The notes beneath the pieces are model-generated. The model was not told the DNA's origin and did not search any database. It was given only the letters and a program-made list of their open reading frames with translations. Shown here in pieces: positions 11,196-24,300 of a stretch of 64,000 nucleotides of DNA. Both the position numbers and the translations under genes were made by a program. The DNA comes from Schizochytrium sp. TIO01 (Eukaryota > Protista > Bigyra: Labyrinthulomycetes): the NCBI GenBank assembly GCA_004764695.1, contig SMSO01000014.1, forward strand, positions 2,351,648-2,415,647, written 5' to 3'. How positions within the stretch are numbered: the stretch's first letter is position 1; each line of letters begins with the position of its first letter.

Positions 11196-12459
11196 ATGGT
11201 CAAGCACAACAATGTGGTGCCTAACCAGCACTTCAAGAAGCACGTACGTTCACGCTGCGCGCGCCGGGTTGCGTTTCGTTGGCATGCGGATGATGATGAT
11301 GATGTTGATCGGGATGACAAGCATGTGGAGGGCCATACAAGACCTACTCTGGTGGAAAGCATCTGCTGCTTTCATCAAGGGCGGGGTTCTGCGATGTTTG
11401 GACATTGAGTGATGGGATTCAAGAAAGCTTATCTGCAGCTTGGCGTGCACCCTGTATTGCGTAGCAGGAAACCCATTCTTGAGATTCTGTGTCTTATTGC
11501 TTTTGTATGCTCATTAACATGTTAGTGTCGGGCCTGTCAAGTCTTGGCCAGGGCGCAAGTGAGCACATCAAAGCTTATGGTTTCATATGATCTGTTCAAC
11601 CAAAGTGATACTTTGTTATGGACAGAAAGAAGCCATTTGCTGCGTTGTCTTACTTATTTCCGAGGCCAACGCAAGTATTGTTCGTGGATAGAAGTATTTG
11701 TTCTTTGGATGCTTCTGTTGAAACTATTATCATCCGATTTGCTTTCGATCATGGACCTTGGTGTTTAAGACAAAATGAGAGAGTGAAAGAAAACAGAATA
11801 CTGACGAACTGAGTTGTTTAACATCTTTTGATGCTTTGTGATTTGATAATATATAGGGTGCTGGCGGTGGCTGGCAGTCCCGCGTGCGCGTGAACCTCAA
11901 CCAGCCGGCGCAGAAGCTCCGCCGTCGTCTTGCCCGCAAGGCTAAGGCTGAGAAGGTTGCCCCTCGCCCGGTCAACTTGTTGCGACCGGCCGTTCACTGC
12001 CCGACCCAGCGTTACAACATGAAGCTTCGCGCTGGCCGTGGCTTCACTCTTGCTGAGCTTAAGGAGGCTGGCATCAGCCGCAAGCAGGCTCTCTCCATCG
12101 GTATTGCTGTTGACACCCGCCGCCGCAACAAGAGCGTCGAGTCCCTTCAGCTTAACGCTCAGCGCCTCAAGGAGTACAAGGCCCGTCTCATCGTCTTCCC
12201 GCGCAAGAGCGGCAAGGTCAAGAAGGGTGACTCCAGCGTCGAGGAGACCAAGAACGCCACCCAGTACCTCGGCGAGGTTCTCCCGATTGCCCAGCCGGAG
12301 AAGAAGCAGGAGTTTGTGGAGATTACTGATGAGATGAAGAACCACAGCGCCGTCAAGCAGTTGAAGATGGCCATCGCTGTTCAGCGTCTCGAGGGCAAGA
12401 AGCGTTTTGCCAAGGACGACGAAGAGGAGGAGAACAACAACAATGACGACGATAACTAG
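11196..12459 (+). CDS. RPL13: 60S ribosomal protein L13 (eL13). Exons 11196-11243 and 11857-12459
   Basis: Exon 1 MVKHNNVVPNQHFKKH; phase-0 intron GTACGT...TATAG with branch TACTGAC near 11800; exon 2 WQSRVR..NQPAQKLRRR..APRP..LRPAVHCPT.RYNMKLRAGRGFTLAELKEAGI..GIAVDTRRRNKSVESLQLNAQRLKEY. Confidence 0.97.
11244..11856 (+). other. RPL13 intron (613 nt)
   Basis: GT..AG boundaries, TACTGAC branch point, and in-frame joining of two conserved eL13 blocks. Confidence 0.9.
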
Positions 12460-13045
12460 ATGTGTCAATAATGACAAATCTTATTTTCTCATCTTTTTGA
12501 TTTTTGATATTTTTTTTGGTCTTCCTTTGTTTTAGATTAATGGTTAGTATCCTAGAACTTGCTTGTTGAGGTGTGCATGACATCTCAGTACTAATATTTT
12601 ATCGTTTTGAGGATGCTGAATAGCTATTATGTTTTGACAGAAATACAATTTCTGAGGTGTAATCAAAAGTATATAGAAAGAAATCTTTTGAGGGTCGTAC
12701 GCAGGTTTATAAAGAAGATTTTTGAAACCTTAAAATTCGTAAACTTGGTTCATCGGAAGGTTAGGTTAAGGTGATCAAATAGTTGAAGTCGTGGAGTAAA
12801 GTTTTTCCCGGATTTGTTTGCTTGATTGCTTTGTAATCCTCCAAATTTCGAAAATTTGGTTAATCTACGCTGGAGCATATATAGCCTTGATTTACACTTG
12901 AAGAATAGAAACAATTTCCCAGAAAATGCAACTATGATGTTACGACATAACATGAAACCAGATAAATGCTTTTCACTAAGAGTAGCAACATTTTTCGTAA
13001 TTCTAAAACATACTTTCCTTCGAGTTGAATATATCTACAAAGTTT

Positions 13046-14638
13046 TCACTTGCCCTTTTGAGTTTCTACCTGACATAAGGCAGCCAATGTTCGAAGAACC
13101 ACTGCAAGTGCATCCTGATTAAGGAACTTAACCCTTCCTTCTGCTGATACCATCACTAAGGGCGTGGCAATTCGTGAGAGACTAGCACCGTTAAGACGAA
13201 TGCTTATTTGCTGTGCTATGAAACGGTTTATTGCAGATAACAGTGGGTTATCCCGGGCAAGATGACTTGTTCGAGCGGCAGTGTTTACCTCAAGAGGCGT
13301 TGTTTCAGAAAGATTCGCTGTCGAGTCCCCATTCCGTATACGCTGCAGCATCTCTGTTTTACTTAAAGTATCAACGCCTTCATTTCCGGTGTAATATGAT
13401 GAGAATTGACTTCCCGAACTGGATGAAGAAGACGTTAGAACGCTGCCTCCCGATGCAAGATGCGTAGATAAACGCTCGAGAGCACCTGCAGGAACAGCAA
13501 TATTAATTTCATCAAGTCCTGCTTCACTAACAACATCGGGAAAGCGAAATGTGAGCTCCAGAGCCTGCGCTGCACGAGACCTCTGTATTGCCTGTTGGCG
13601 TAGTTCAAGTTTGCGTAGTGCACGCTCCTCTGCAGCCTCAAGCTTATGCATGTCACTTGCACTAGGATTCGGGGCATCGTTGGGTGCCAGCTCGTCCTCC
13701 TCGTGGTCAATAGCATTAAGCTCCTCGTCCGTATCAATTTCACCTGCCAAAACTCCTGCTAATGCAACATTCTCAAACCGACCAGTGAGTGCTTCGTGCG
13801 TAAAACTGCTGGCCATGTCAGCGAGATGTCGTGGCGCCATTGGAACAGGTTGGAGAGCGATTGAACAATCAAAGCGAGATTCAAGCCAGCGACAAATTTT
13901 ATCAACAACCGTGCCTTTTCCTTTGACTAATGCAAAGTGGAAGACTGTAAACTTCAGTTTAGGCACTTTGTGTGAGTTCTTCCTCCCATCGGCATGCTTT
14001 GACAACGAGAGACGTTTTCTTCGCTTGTTAGGTTGGGCTCGCTTACTCGACTGGCGTTTGCTTTGACCATGTTGCTCGCCATCAAAATCTCCTTCATCAG
14101 ATGACGAAGCTTGCACCTCATCCTCTTCTTCTTCAGAGCTTTCTTCATAGTCAGAGTCAAGATCAAGCAAATCTGTATTCTCTGAAGTGCAGCAAAGTAG
14201 CACCATAGATGTTTGTCCACGAAGAGGCAGGGCATAGCCTCCGGAGTCCTCTGCGAGTAAACCATTGTCAAGAGAGTGCGGAGATTGTCGTGCGAGGAGG
14301 CTTTCTGGTTGAGAAATAGCTTGGGAGGTAAATTTTCGCTTTTGCGGCTTATTGGCATGAAATAATTTAGCTTCAACCTGTACGTAAAGACCTGACCCAT
14401 CGGCGAGCTGGCGCACAACAAATCGGCCTGAGGCTCGTTCACCTGTGCTTGTTCGACGAGCTAGTTCATCCTCGGAAAGTGTACTTTCGAAGGCAGCTCG
14501 AATGACCCGGGTCAACTGACGAGCATACCGCTCGATTTTGCTGATTTCAAAGTTGTGTAGGGGCGAGATACGATGAATGGACCACGTTCTACGCAAGACA
14601 GTTCCATCGATAACCCCTTCGCCAAGGTTTGCTGCCAT
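13046..14638 (-). CDS. CENPL: Centromere protein L (CENP-L/Fta1/Iml3 family, CCAN kinetochore subunit)
   Basis: Matches three characteristic CENP-L blocks from recall: TWSIHRISPLHNF (cf. WTLYSLTPLYKF), WLESRFDCSI (cf. WFQKTFDC) and C-terminal IRLNGASLSRIATPLVMVSAEGRVKFL (cf. IHLSATRLVRVSTSVASAHTDGKIKIL). Carries an acidic and basic NLS-like insert. Confidence 0.82.
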   Translation of the reverse strand: MAANLGEGVIDGTVLRRTWSIHRISPLHNFEISKIERYARQLTRVIRAAFESTLSEDELARRTSTGERASGRFVVRQLADGSGLYVQVEAKLFHANKPQKRKFTSQAISQPESLLARQSPHSLDNGLLAEDSGGYALPLRGQTSMVLLCCTSENTDLLDLDSDYEESSEEEEDEVQASSSDEGDFDGEQHGQSKRQSSKRAQPNKRRKRLSLSKHADGRKNSHKVPKLKFTVFHFALVKGKGTVVDKICRWLESRFDCSIALQPVPMAPRHLADMASSFTHEALTGRFENVALAGVLAGEIDTDEELNAIDHEEDELAPNDAPNPSASDMHKLEAAEERALRKLELRQQAIQRSRAAQALELTFRFPDVVSEAGLDEINIAVPAGALERLSTHLASGGSVLTSSSSSSGSQFSSYYTGNEGVDTLSKTEMLQRIRNGDSTANLSETTPLEVNTAARTSHLARDNPLLSAINRFIAQQISIRLNGASLSRIATPLVMVSAEGRVKFLNQDALAVVLRTLAALCQVETQKGK

Positions 14639-17600
14639 CTTTTCAGGCGTTGATGGTTAAGTCTCTGCCGTGGAAAAACAGCTGATCGTCGAATTGCTAA
14701 TAAGTTGAAGGACCAACCAGTGAGTGACCTCGGAGTGGCCAAAATTCCTGCGCGATGTTTTCGATTAGTTATACATGAAAGATGAATCAACCGAAGAGGC
14801 GGCTGCGGCTGTGTCAAGTGATGGCTGCAACAACCTTCAACATACTGTACAAAGCGTTTTCCCTTCAATATACTTTTTTTTTAAAAGTTAAATTTACCAT
14901 CCATCATACATACTAGTTAAGTGGCAAGATATTGTCAATTGCACTTATTAGAGATTAACCTACAAAACTTGCAAAACTTGCATTTCCTATCGTGATAGAG
15001 TGAGGCAATGGCCCAATCGCAGTTGAAACACTAACCCGCGCCTCAAAGATAATTCTTAAATCGTGCCCTTGGATTGGTAGCGCAAAATGATGTCTCTGGC
15101 GGCGTGGCTATCACGACCGGCTACGTATTTGCAGTTTGAAAACCTTTATGTTCCGAGCTTGTCGTGGATGGTACCACTTTTATTGTATGGTTTTGAAGTG
15201 CAATCATCTCGGAAAATAACTAGTGTACACCACTGGCAGGGGAAAAGCTCGGCTTTGTGAATGAATACTTGTTAGAAGCCAACAACACATCATTCGAGCT
15301 ATCTTAGTTTTTTTTTTTAATTAGACAAAAGGATAACACGGCAGTATTCACAGAGTCAACGGGCGAGTTTGTGGTGAATCTCGATAATTTAGTAGGGCGC
15401 GTAAGCCCGGCCTGTTTAAGTTGACCCCTCTACGTATGCCTTTGTAGACAGCGGAGGCGACTGGATGTCCCCAATCTAGAATTTGAATTTTGTTGTTGTA
15501 CTTTGGTGGCATAGTTCATGGTAGGGTCAGTGCTGCATTGCTGGAACAGACCGCGGCCATAGGTGCGCTTGACATCATCACTTTCTTAATGAAATTATCT
15601 TCGGGGAAGCCACCGAAGGGCACTTGCTGAGACACCAAGCTTGAAGTATTTTTCTGACTTGTATTGTAGATTTGCTTCACTTGTAGTATTTGGAGCTTGG
15701 TGGTTCCTTAGCCATTCCATTTTTTAAAGCCAACCTCTACTTCTTAATTTATCTATCATTTATATGGAATATACACTATAATATGAAGGTTATACAAGTT
15801 CATACGTTTTCATAGGTACAGTAGATTTCTATATCTTTCGAGAATGCAAGATAGCATCTTGGAAATTACTTAAGTCTAGGAGAAACGTTGGTTTAAAATC
15901 TGACCTGTGTATAGATACGACAGCATCATGTAGAGCCTCATTTTCCCCTCCTGAAGTTCACATAGAACTTGCGACTCAAGGCTCAAAGTTAAGGAAACCA
16001 ACATATCTATTAGATGCAAGCTTGACTATGTCGGCTTTACTTTTTAAAGTTATGCATTTGAAGTAAATAGCCACCTTCGAAGGCACTAAAGGAACAAACC
16101 AAGTTTCAAGCTAGTAATTTGCATCTTATTATCTCAGCTATCCACTTAGTATTAAATCTGATGAGTCTGATTTAGTCTCATTGGAAAATTTAGTCGTCAT
16201 GATAAGGGAATTCCTTCGAATAGATTAAACATTTCATAAACCTTAGGTACACGAAAACCTACATACCAAAGCGCACTCCAAAGCTTCGTTCGCGATGCTA
16301 AAGCTCCCAGGCTCATAAATTCAAACCTTGCATCAATGCGTCAAGAAATAGCAAAGCGGGTCGTGGGATTTATTACATAGTTAACAGGTAGTTATATACA
16401 ATCAAAAGGATTTCATACAATCTTTAAATGTGGTAGTAACAGATGAACTCAATATCGTAAAACAGTGAGCAGTAGTACCCTAGCATTACTCTAACTTCTT
16501 TGATTAATCAATGTCAATCTATGGTATCAAAGCCAGCGAGGGCCCCCCTTTTGAAGACCAGCGGGAAGCGTAGCTGATTGGAATTTGCACTTGACCTTTG
16601 ATTTACACAAAGCCAGAAAATTGAACTCTTCGCTCCAGCAAATATTCTTTTCAGAGCACGATATTCTTAATTAAATGTAATAAAAAGGATCTGGATTCAT
16701 GAAAATTTTGCGGCAGCTACGCGCATATTTCTAAAATTATCGCAGAATTTAATTTCATTTTGTAGATTCATAATATCTAAACAAGTTGTAGAACACCGTT
16801 ATCGAGCCTTCTACGCGTAGTACAAGATAACAATGCAATCAGAAGAACTATTATTTGAATAAGACAGAATATTTTTACTATACTATATTGTACGAAGAAA
16901 TATTTTGATTCGAAAACACCGAGAGACCTTCTACACGAATGGATATGTTGACACTTTTCAGACTAAGAGTACTTTGTTGAAGATTGTGTATTTCACTGGA
17001 AACCATTATGAAGTCCAGATCGTGCTAACTAAACAGTACTTAAGGAAATTTAGCTGATAAATCTTCAATATTCTCACACAGAGTTCCATCTGATAAAGAA
17101 ACGCCTTCTTTCTGCAGAAACATATCTACATAGACTTTTCTTTCTTTGACCTTGATGATGAATAAAAGAACAAATCTTCATGGGCAACTTGAAACGCAAA
17201 GATTTCAAAGACATATATAATTTACCTGTTCCAAGACCTAGCACATTTCATCAAACAAGTCTAGAGTTTGTAATTATATAGCAACAGAAATATCTTTCCG
17301 GGTAAACAAGAAAAAGCTTTGAAGAGGAAATTATAAATATATATCTAAATGAAGTGTTAGGAACTTAGTATTAACCGTTCCTTCAAAAGTAAATTTTGGA
17401 TCTTGAATGAGTAGAATTAACCTAATGATTTCAGCACCACGTGTGCGTACTCTAATCAATCGGACCTTTAGCACTATGTCTACTCCTCGCATGTAATATA
17501 ATGAGTCTTTGCTTGACCTCTTACCCAAGCTGAAGTATTAATATAGGAGTACACCTTTCAACTTTACCTTCCTCATACTAGACAGACAAGGCCGCAGAAA

Positions 17601-18124
17601 CGTACCGGTACTACTTACCAATACAACTTCTTAACCTTCATCATTCTAACTAGTCACAGAGTAATAAGTGCTTGCTTGATTTGAGCTCTTATCCAAGCAA
17701 AAAGATTTTAACTTATTTTCTGAACCAAGTTTGAAAGTAGATAAAAAGTATCTATGTACATGATCGCTCGGACATAAACTAGGCACGAGAGGATTTCTTA
17801 ATTTAAATCATTATAATAACTTCGTAATTCAAAATACCTTAAGTCCTGGTAAGATATACCTAGCACCATAGAAAACGATTCCTACTGTTTGTGCTAGGTA
17901 TAACAACTTCTTCCAATTTTCTGTACACGTTTTTTTAATTCAATACACTTATATTTATATACTAGGCAATAAAACTAGCTGTTGTTTTTGTTTTTTAATT
18001 TCTTGTTTTATAAGCAATAAAATGTGAGTCAACAATTTCGTAACATTGGTCAACTGAAAACCTAATTATATTCTTAGTCTTTTGGAGTTTTTCTTTTTCA
18101 GTAATAAAATTCTATTACTTACAC

Positions 18125-18303
<179 letters not shown>

Positions 18304-21300
18304 CACTTTGTTAATAATAAAGGAATACAACAGACTGGGCATATTTATGATCACTAAATATATAATGAATACCCTCCTCTTTTTCAAAGCGTTAAAAACA
18401 AAATGTTTATTTTTATATATTGAAAATATAAATTTTAATTATATTAGTAAAGCTGAACCTACACCAGGGCGATTGAGTAGTTTGAAGCCGAATATGTGAA
18501 ATTCACAAAGGAGACTGGCTTCGATATTAAGAACAGCCATTCTTTGATTCGAATTAGTGCCGACAACAGACATCTCTTTCTTTGCCACCATTAATTAAGC
18601 CTCAACATACTTAACTCCTGGGACGTGTGAATTGAAAATTTCATATCTCAGATCAAGCGACACGGTCTTCCGATTTTACTAGCAAATGTGCAACTATATT
18701 CTTGAGCAGCTTGTTGCAAATTCTGTTCTTTTTATTTGCTTTCAATTTTTTATTTTAAAAGTCAAGCGTAGATTTACCTGATTAGACTGATCAAAGTTAT
18801 CGCCTTAAATTTTCTATGTGTTACACAATCATTTAATTTGATATTTCAACTTATTAGACATGTTGAAAATAGCAATCTCTAATTTGCCGATGCTTTATGG
18901 GAGAAGCTCTATTTACTGTCGTGGCAAATATTTAAATAGTTTCAAATTCTTTTTCTTTTTCCTGACAAGCCATTCCAAACTGCCACTCTTTCACTTGGAT
19001 TAGATATAACAACAATTCGTTAGTTTCCCGTCTTCAAACAAATTTAATACCACATACTTGCTTGATCGTATATTTCTCCCCTTTTATATTTACATAATGG
19101 CTGACATACCAAGAATCCAAATTTACTAGAAAGCAAAGCATCTGCAATTGATCAATTATTCGCTGTCTCGCATCAGAACTACAAATTAATCGATCAAATT
19201 AACCTTAAGATATTATATTCACAAATGAGCATCTGCAGTTGTTTCTAAACGCATGACACGCGACACAACGATCAGTTGATGCTACTCATCAAAATTCAGT
19301 ATGATCATGTCAGGGCTGCTCTGCCAGTCTGTATTTTCCTAACAGTCCTAGGGAATGCCTCAGCTAGTTTGAAGCAACTGTTATAACATTTTGCTGAAAT
19401 AATGTTTCTTCTAATTAGCTCGTCAGATAAATGATGGAATTCTCCTACCAGTAGACAGAAAGTATTTTTTCCACGGATATATAACATCAACGTTTGCCGT
19501 TGGCAATGCAGCTTGAAGGATTTTATTTTATTTTAAAGCTTGATCAGAAGATATCCATAGAAGTCAAAAATACATGACACATCGTGTATGTTTTGGAAAG
19601 CCGTCAAAAAGATACTTTTAATAATTTAAAGGTTAACTTGAATAATAATACGCCAGAAAAATAGAATGCGCAAAGCCCCTTATTGGGAAACAACCAGTTT
19701 GGTACTGAAAGATTGAATTAAAAGGCCTGTCATATCACTAGAAATTGAAAGTGCATATTTAGTTAGTCATAGCCCTTTTTTTCTAGTTTTTTAGAAACGA
19801 CTTATCCTAGCATTCAATTTTGTATACACCAAAAATACATGGCTCTCTTTATATAACGTATTTGATAGTATTGAACAAATGAGTGCTAATGCTATTCAAC
19901 TTTTAAAGACTGTTTCGTTCAATAAATCAAGCTTTTAAACTCTCTTTTTTTTAGAGGACTACAACAAAGAGCATTTGCGAGAAAGTTTAGACATCAGTTT
20001 AGACTCTTATAAGAAAATGAATTTATGAGGAGCGAGAAAGATGGATCACGTGGGATGTCTATCTCAACAAAGTAGAACGCTTCGGATGCCGGCGTTCTGC
20101 TCTACCATATAACATTTAAACTAATATATATATGATAATTTTATCTTCCTTCTCATGGGACCACAATTTAATTCTCTTTTTCTTTATCTTTTTCAAATTA
20201 TGATTGATGGAAGAAAGCTAAAGTAATTATATGGTATTATTTTTTTAATGCGAAGGTAAAAGAAATAAATGAAAAGCCAGTCGCACTTTATACTCGAAAG
20301 AAAGGAGGTTAATATACATTGAAAGTGCACTCTATTTCCTCTACCACTTCACTTCAAAAGCACTTTTTGTAAATTTGTTTCTAATCTTATTGGATCTTCG
20401 GTCCAGCATTTAGTATGCCAATTCAAGTTAGGTAACAACTACCTAGTCTTATTAAGGCCTTATTCTTGATTTTCCTCTTGCTCGCTAGTTTGATTGAAGC
20501 TAGGGGACAGTGACCATGAACCTTGCCTGTATGATTAATCAACTTTAGTACCAATTCACTCTAAAGCTATGATCTTTTATTTTGGTGCAACGGGAGAATT
20601 TTTAGCCTTTAATAAGAAGACTCCGACTATTTGGGCACTCTATGAAAAATAAATGTCGCACATCTTCTTTTTAATTGAATCAATCGAGCGTCGAGATTGC
20701 TTTCTATATTTAAAATTGTTTCTTATTTTAAGTGTAGTGGCTTTTCTCTGCTACTGTACAAGTTATAAAAACTAAAGAAGCTACCTTTTTGCTTACAACA
20801 TTCTAATCATACTAAAATATTCGATTAATAGAAAGTAGGTTTAAATATAATTTTAAAACACAACATGCACTTATCTGTTTTACAGTAATATTTTTTCTCT
20901 TCCGCATTTGTTTTAAAAGCTTAAGAATTTCCTTATTTCGGGATTTCGTGAATTCACATTTCAGATGTGTATACTGTTAAGGTGTATGATTGGGCCCCGG
21001 CAGTTAAAATTTATATTTATGTTAATAGTATCAGTTAGATAATAATAATTTTAAGAACGATAATCAGAAAGAAAAATCTATCTGTATATACTTATAAATA
21101 AATAAATAAAACATTAAACCTTAAATTGCATCCAGGAAATATTTCAATGCCCTGAGAGATGATGATGATAAACTTCAGCAATAAACACATCTTGCTACAT
21201 TACAGTATAGTCTGATTTTTCCTCTCCGCTCTTTAGAACTTGTCTTTGAAAATCTGATATTTACAAGGTGACATTGGGAGTGGGCAATTGAAACAATGAT

Positions 21301-24300
21301 ATCAATAAGAATACCATATCAGGCGTGAAAATGCCAGAATGAAGAAATAGTAGACGTGGTTGTATTCAATATTATCTCTTTAAGATGCTTTAAAAATGAG
21401 ACTCTAGGAGAACCCTTGAAATCTTATATACAAACTTCTATCCATTTCTTAAGATATACCTAGAAGCATCCTCCTTTTATCACTCAATGGAGAATAACTC
21501 TTGTCGAAACAACATTTATAGGTCTTTCCAAAACATCTAAAGCATAGTCGAAACCCCTATCATGGGTTCTACTTGTTTCCTTATATCTGAGAGATACAAT
21601 AACACTTAATATGATATGAAAATGGAAATTCATTCTATTGAAAGGAACGATTGAAATCAGAATATATGAGGATGTTTAACAGGTATATTGGAAAACAAAA
21701 GGGCACACTTATAAAACAGAAACGTCACACGGAAATAACTGACACTAAGCCCAGTTTCTATAGTTCTATCTTTTTACGTATCATTTTCTAATTTTCATCC
21801 CATCACAAGATCACTAAAAGAATACTGTTTGATTATGTTTCTTTGTCAACGTTTCACCACAATGACTGAAAGATGCACTTAAACTCGGCGCTGCACGATC
21901 TTTACGAACTCCAGCATATTACACCTTTTGGGGAGGTACAAGTTCAGGTCAAAGTATGTGAATTTACTGATGCATCAAGCAAATCTTTAGCAATTGCCTC
22001 CTGTGTCCCTTTCATTGAGCAACACTCAACTATATAAATAAATATAAATAAGTCTCTTTACCTTCTGGCAGACTTCTTTGACTGTGTTAAAAAACAATGG
22101 ACTAGTCAGATAACTGCCAACTCACCTACGCTGCCTTTGTTCGTTCAACAGAAAGAAGAAGGAGTTTCGACGTTTCTAGATGACATCTTCTTTTCCTATA
22201 AATCTTAGTACTAAGGACCAACTGAAAATTGTCCTCCTTGATTACTCGTTACTCCATTTCAACCATGCTAGTCCTTGATAACTCATTATTTATACATATA
22301 CATATAGGGCCTATGCGCAGCTCACCTTTTTCATTACCGCTATAATTTTTATTTATTTTTTAACGTTTAATTCGTTTTCTATGTTTGATGTTTTAGTTTT
22401 CTTCTTTGTTTTTAGAATAAGGATTTGAATAAAGTTGTATACAATACTGTATTATATATGTTTGCTTATGAGAGTAAGAGCGGTCTATTATTAGTCTTTA
22501 AATAAAAACAGTGTTAAACTCTTCAAAGTAAGTGAGGAAACTGAAGTCTTTGTCAGCGTCTAGCAAGTGAGCTTCTTCGCAACAATTGACATTATTCTTG
22601 TCAATAAGACTATATACTTCCAGACCTCCAGCATTTGAAGTTTTTATGTCCAAACATCCAGGATATCGAAGAAAATCTAGCTTTAGCGGATTCATTATGA
22701 AAGAGAGGTCTTAAGCCTTGATTGCATCACTTTAAAATGTTGCGTAATAATCGTTTAACTATTATCTGAGAAGCTATCTTGGGCTATATGTCATCCTTTT
22801 ACAGATTCTACGGACATAACAGCTTAATTCGAAATATTATGAAATCGAACAGCTAAAATTTGGATTAGCTTTTTAAATTTAATCAGTCTTCTACTTACCA
22901 CCTCATTCTTCGCTCTGTGTCTCGACGAAAGAAACAGATCGACGGAAGAAACAGAGAATGTTTTTCGAAAGAAACAATTTATCTACTATATCCTATTGGA
23001 TAATTAACACCTCAACGATACTATCAGGATCATCCACTTATATTATTTTTTATTAATAAAAGCAAAATGGTTGGTTTGTATCATAGTACCTACGGTTACA
23101 AGGCTTTGAAGAAGGCTATCTCTCATAATATACAGACATTCATTTTTAAAGCTTCCCTTAAAAAAAAAAATACTAGCACTTTTTCTTTTTCTTTATTTGT
23201 AAAAATACCTATCTGTTATTGAAATGGGTGAAAGAATACTATGTACTATGTCATTAGCAGTTACTCTTATATACTCTGCTTATTTTATATAAACGTGTTT
23301 TAAAAAATTAACATGATAACAGACAGTCTTTTCCGACTGGAATAAGAGATCATTGCAAAGTCTTCTTCATTATCTGGTGCTGAAGAACACAGTTAGGGGC
23401 ACATTTGACAATGTCATACCGATCGCTAAATTTTCTGTTGCATTGCCCAGATTAATAATAAAAGAAAGGCATCGATTGGCAATGCATGGTCCGCGCTTCT
23501 TCCATCGATTCGTGTCCCTAGTGAATTCCCCATCTCGGGTATGTGAATGCTCATTATCATGTCGCTTTCGGAGACAAATCTGAGGAGCAACGTTTGTGCG
23601 CCGTCGCTAAGAAAATGTAGATCTCACAACCTCTGATGAATCACAGTGTTTGAAGTTTTTTTCCTTCTTGTTTTTTTTTTTTTTAATAATTTTTTTTATC
23701 TAAACTTCTAAACATTTTTTTAAATAAGAAGAACCTATTTTGCTTAACATATTTCTAAATCATAAAACATTTATCTTCTTTTAAAAATTAAAAAGCAATC
23801 TGAAGCATAATCTTCAGTAAAAGACTTGGACTTTTTTTAATTTTCTTCCTTGCATTACGACCGAATCCCGTGAAGTTTACGAGCTATAATATTGTTTAAC
23901 TGAGTTCTGCTTTGATCTATGCACCACGAAGGAATGCAGGTTGCATGCAAGCAAAGCAAGCGCGCCTGCACTAGATGTGGAAAGATGTCCCTGCATCGAT
24001 GTGACTGAAGACAGACTTATTACGGAACTCATAACTAGTCAGCTCTGCTACACATGTTACTCTTCGAATTTTCCATAGCGTATCGTAGAAAAATAAACAA
24101 ACTCTTAAATAGTAGGTTCTCCGTTGTACCACTTGTCTGACACTTATGAGCTCCCAAGGTGCAGTGAAGATGGTGAATTCTGCAAGCCCACAGATTACCA
24201 AAGCCTTAGAATACGATGTACCTCGGGAAGAATTATGCCATCGTTGCTTAAGTAATGTGATCACAGACCTTCTTGCTGCTATGCACAGAGAAACCGCGCA

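Noticed and set aside
11587-11626. SECIS-like spacing ATGA-N11-AAA-N20-GA
   Set aside because: It is intronic rather than in a 3'UTR, the GA quartet is out of register with the helix, and no Sec-UGA gene is adjacent.
11818-12477. Long antisense ORFs over RPL13, RPS16, Sec24 and other genes
   Set aside because: Shadow ORFs caused by biased codon usage or Gln-rich repeats on the coding strand.
15527-15581. Minus-strand GTGATGA...CTGA C/D snoRNA candidate (similar case at 21162-21215 on +)
   Set aside because: Short, with no convincing terminal stem or recognisable rRNA complementarity; expected by chance.
22498-22695. 65-aa ORF faintly resembling helicase motifs (EEAHLL)
   Set aside because: Too short and degenerate, with no flanking motifs.
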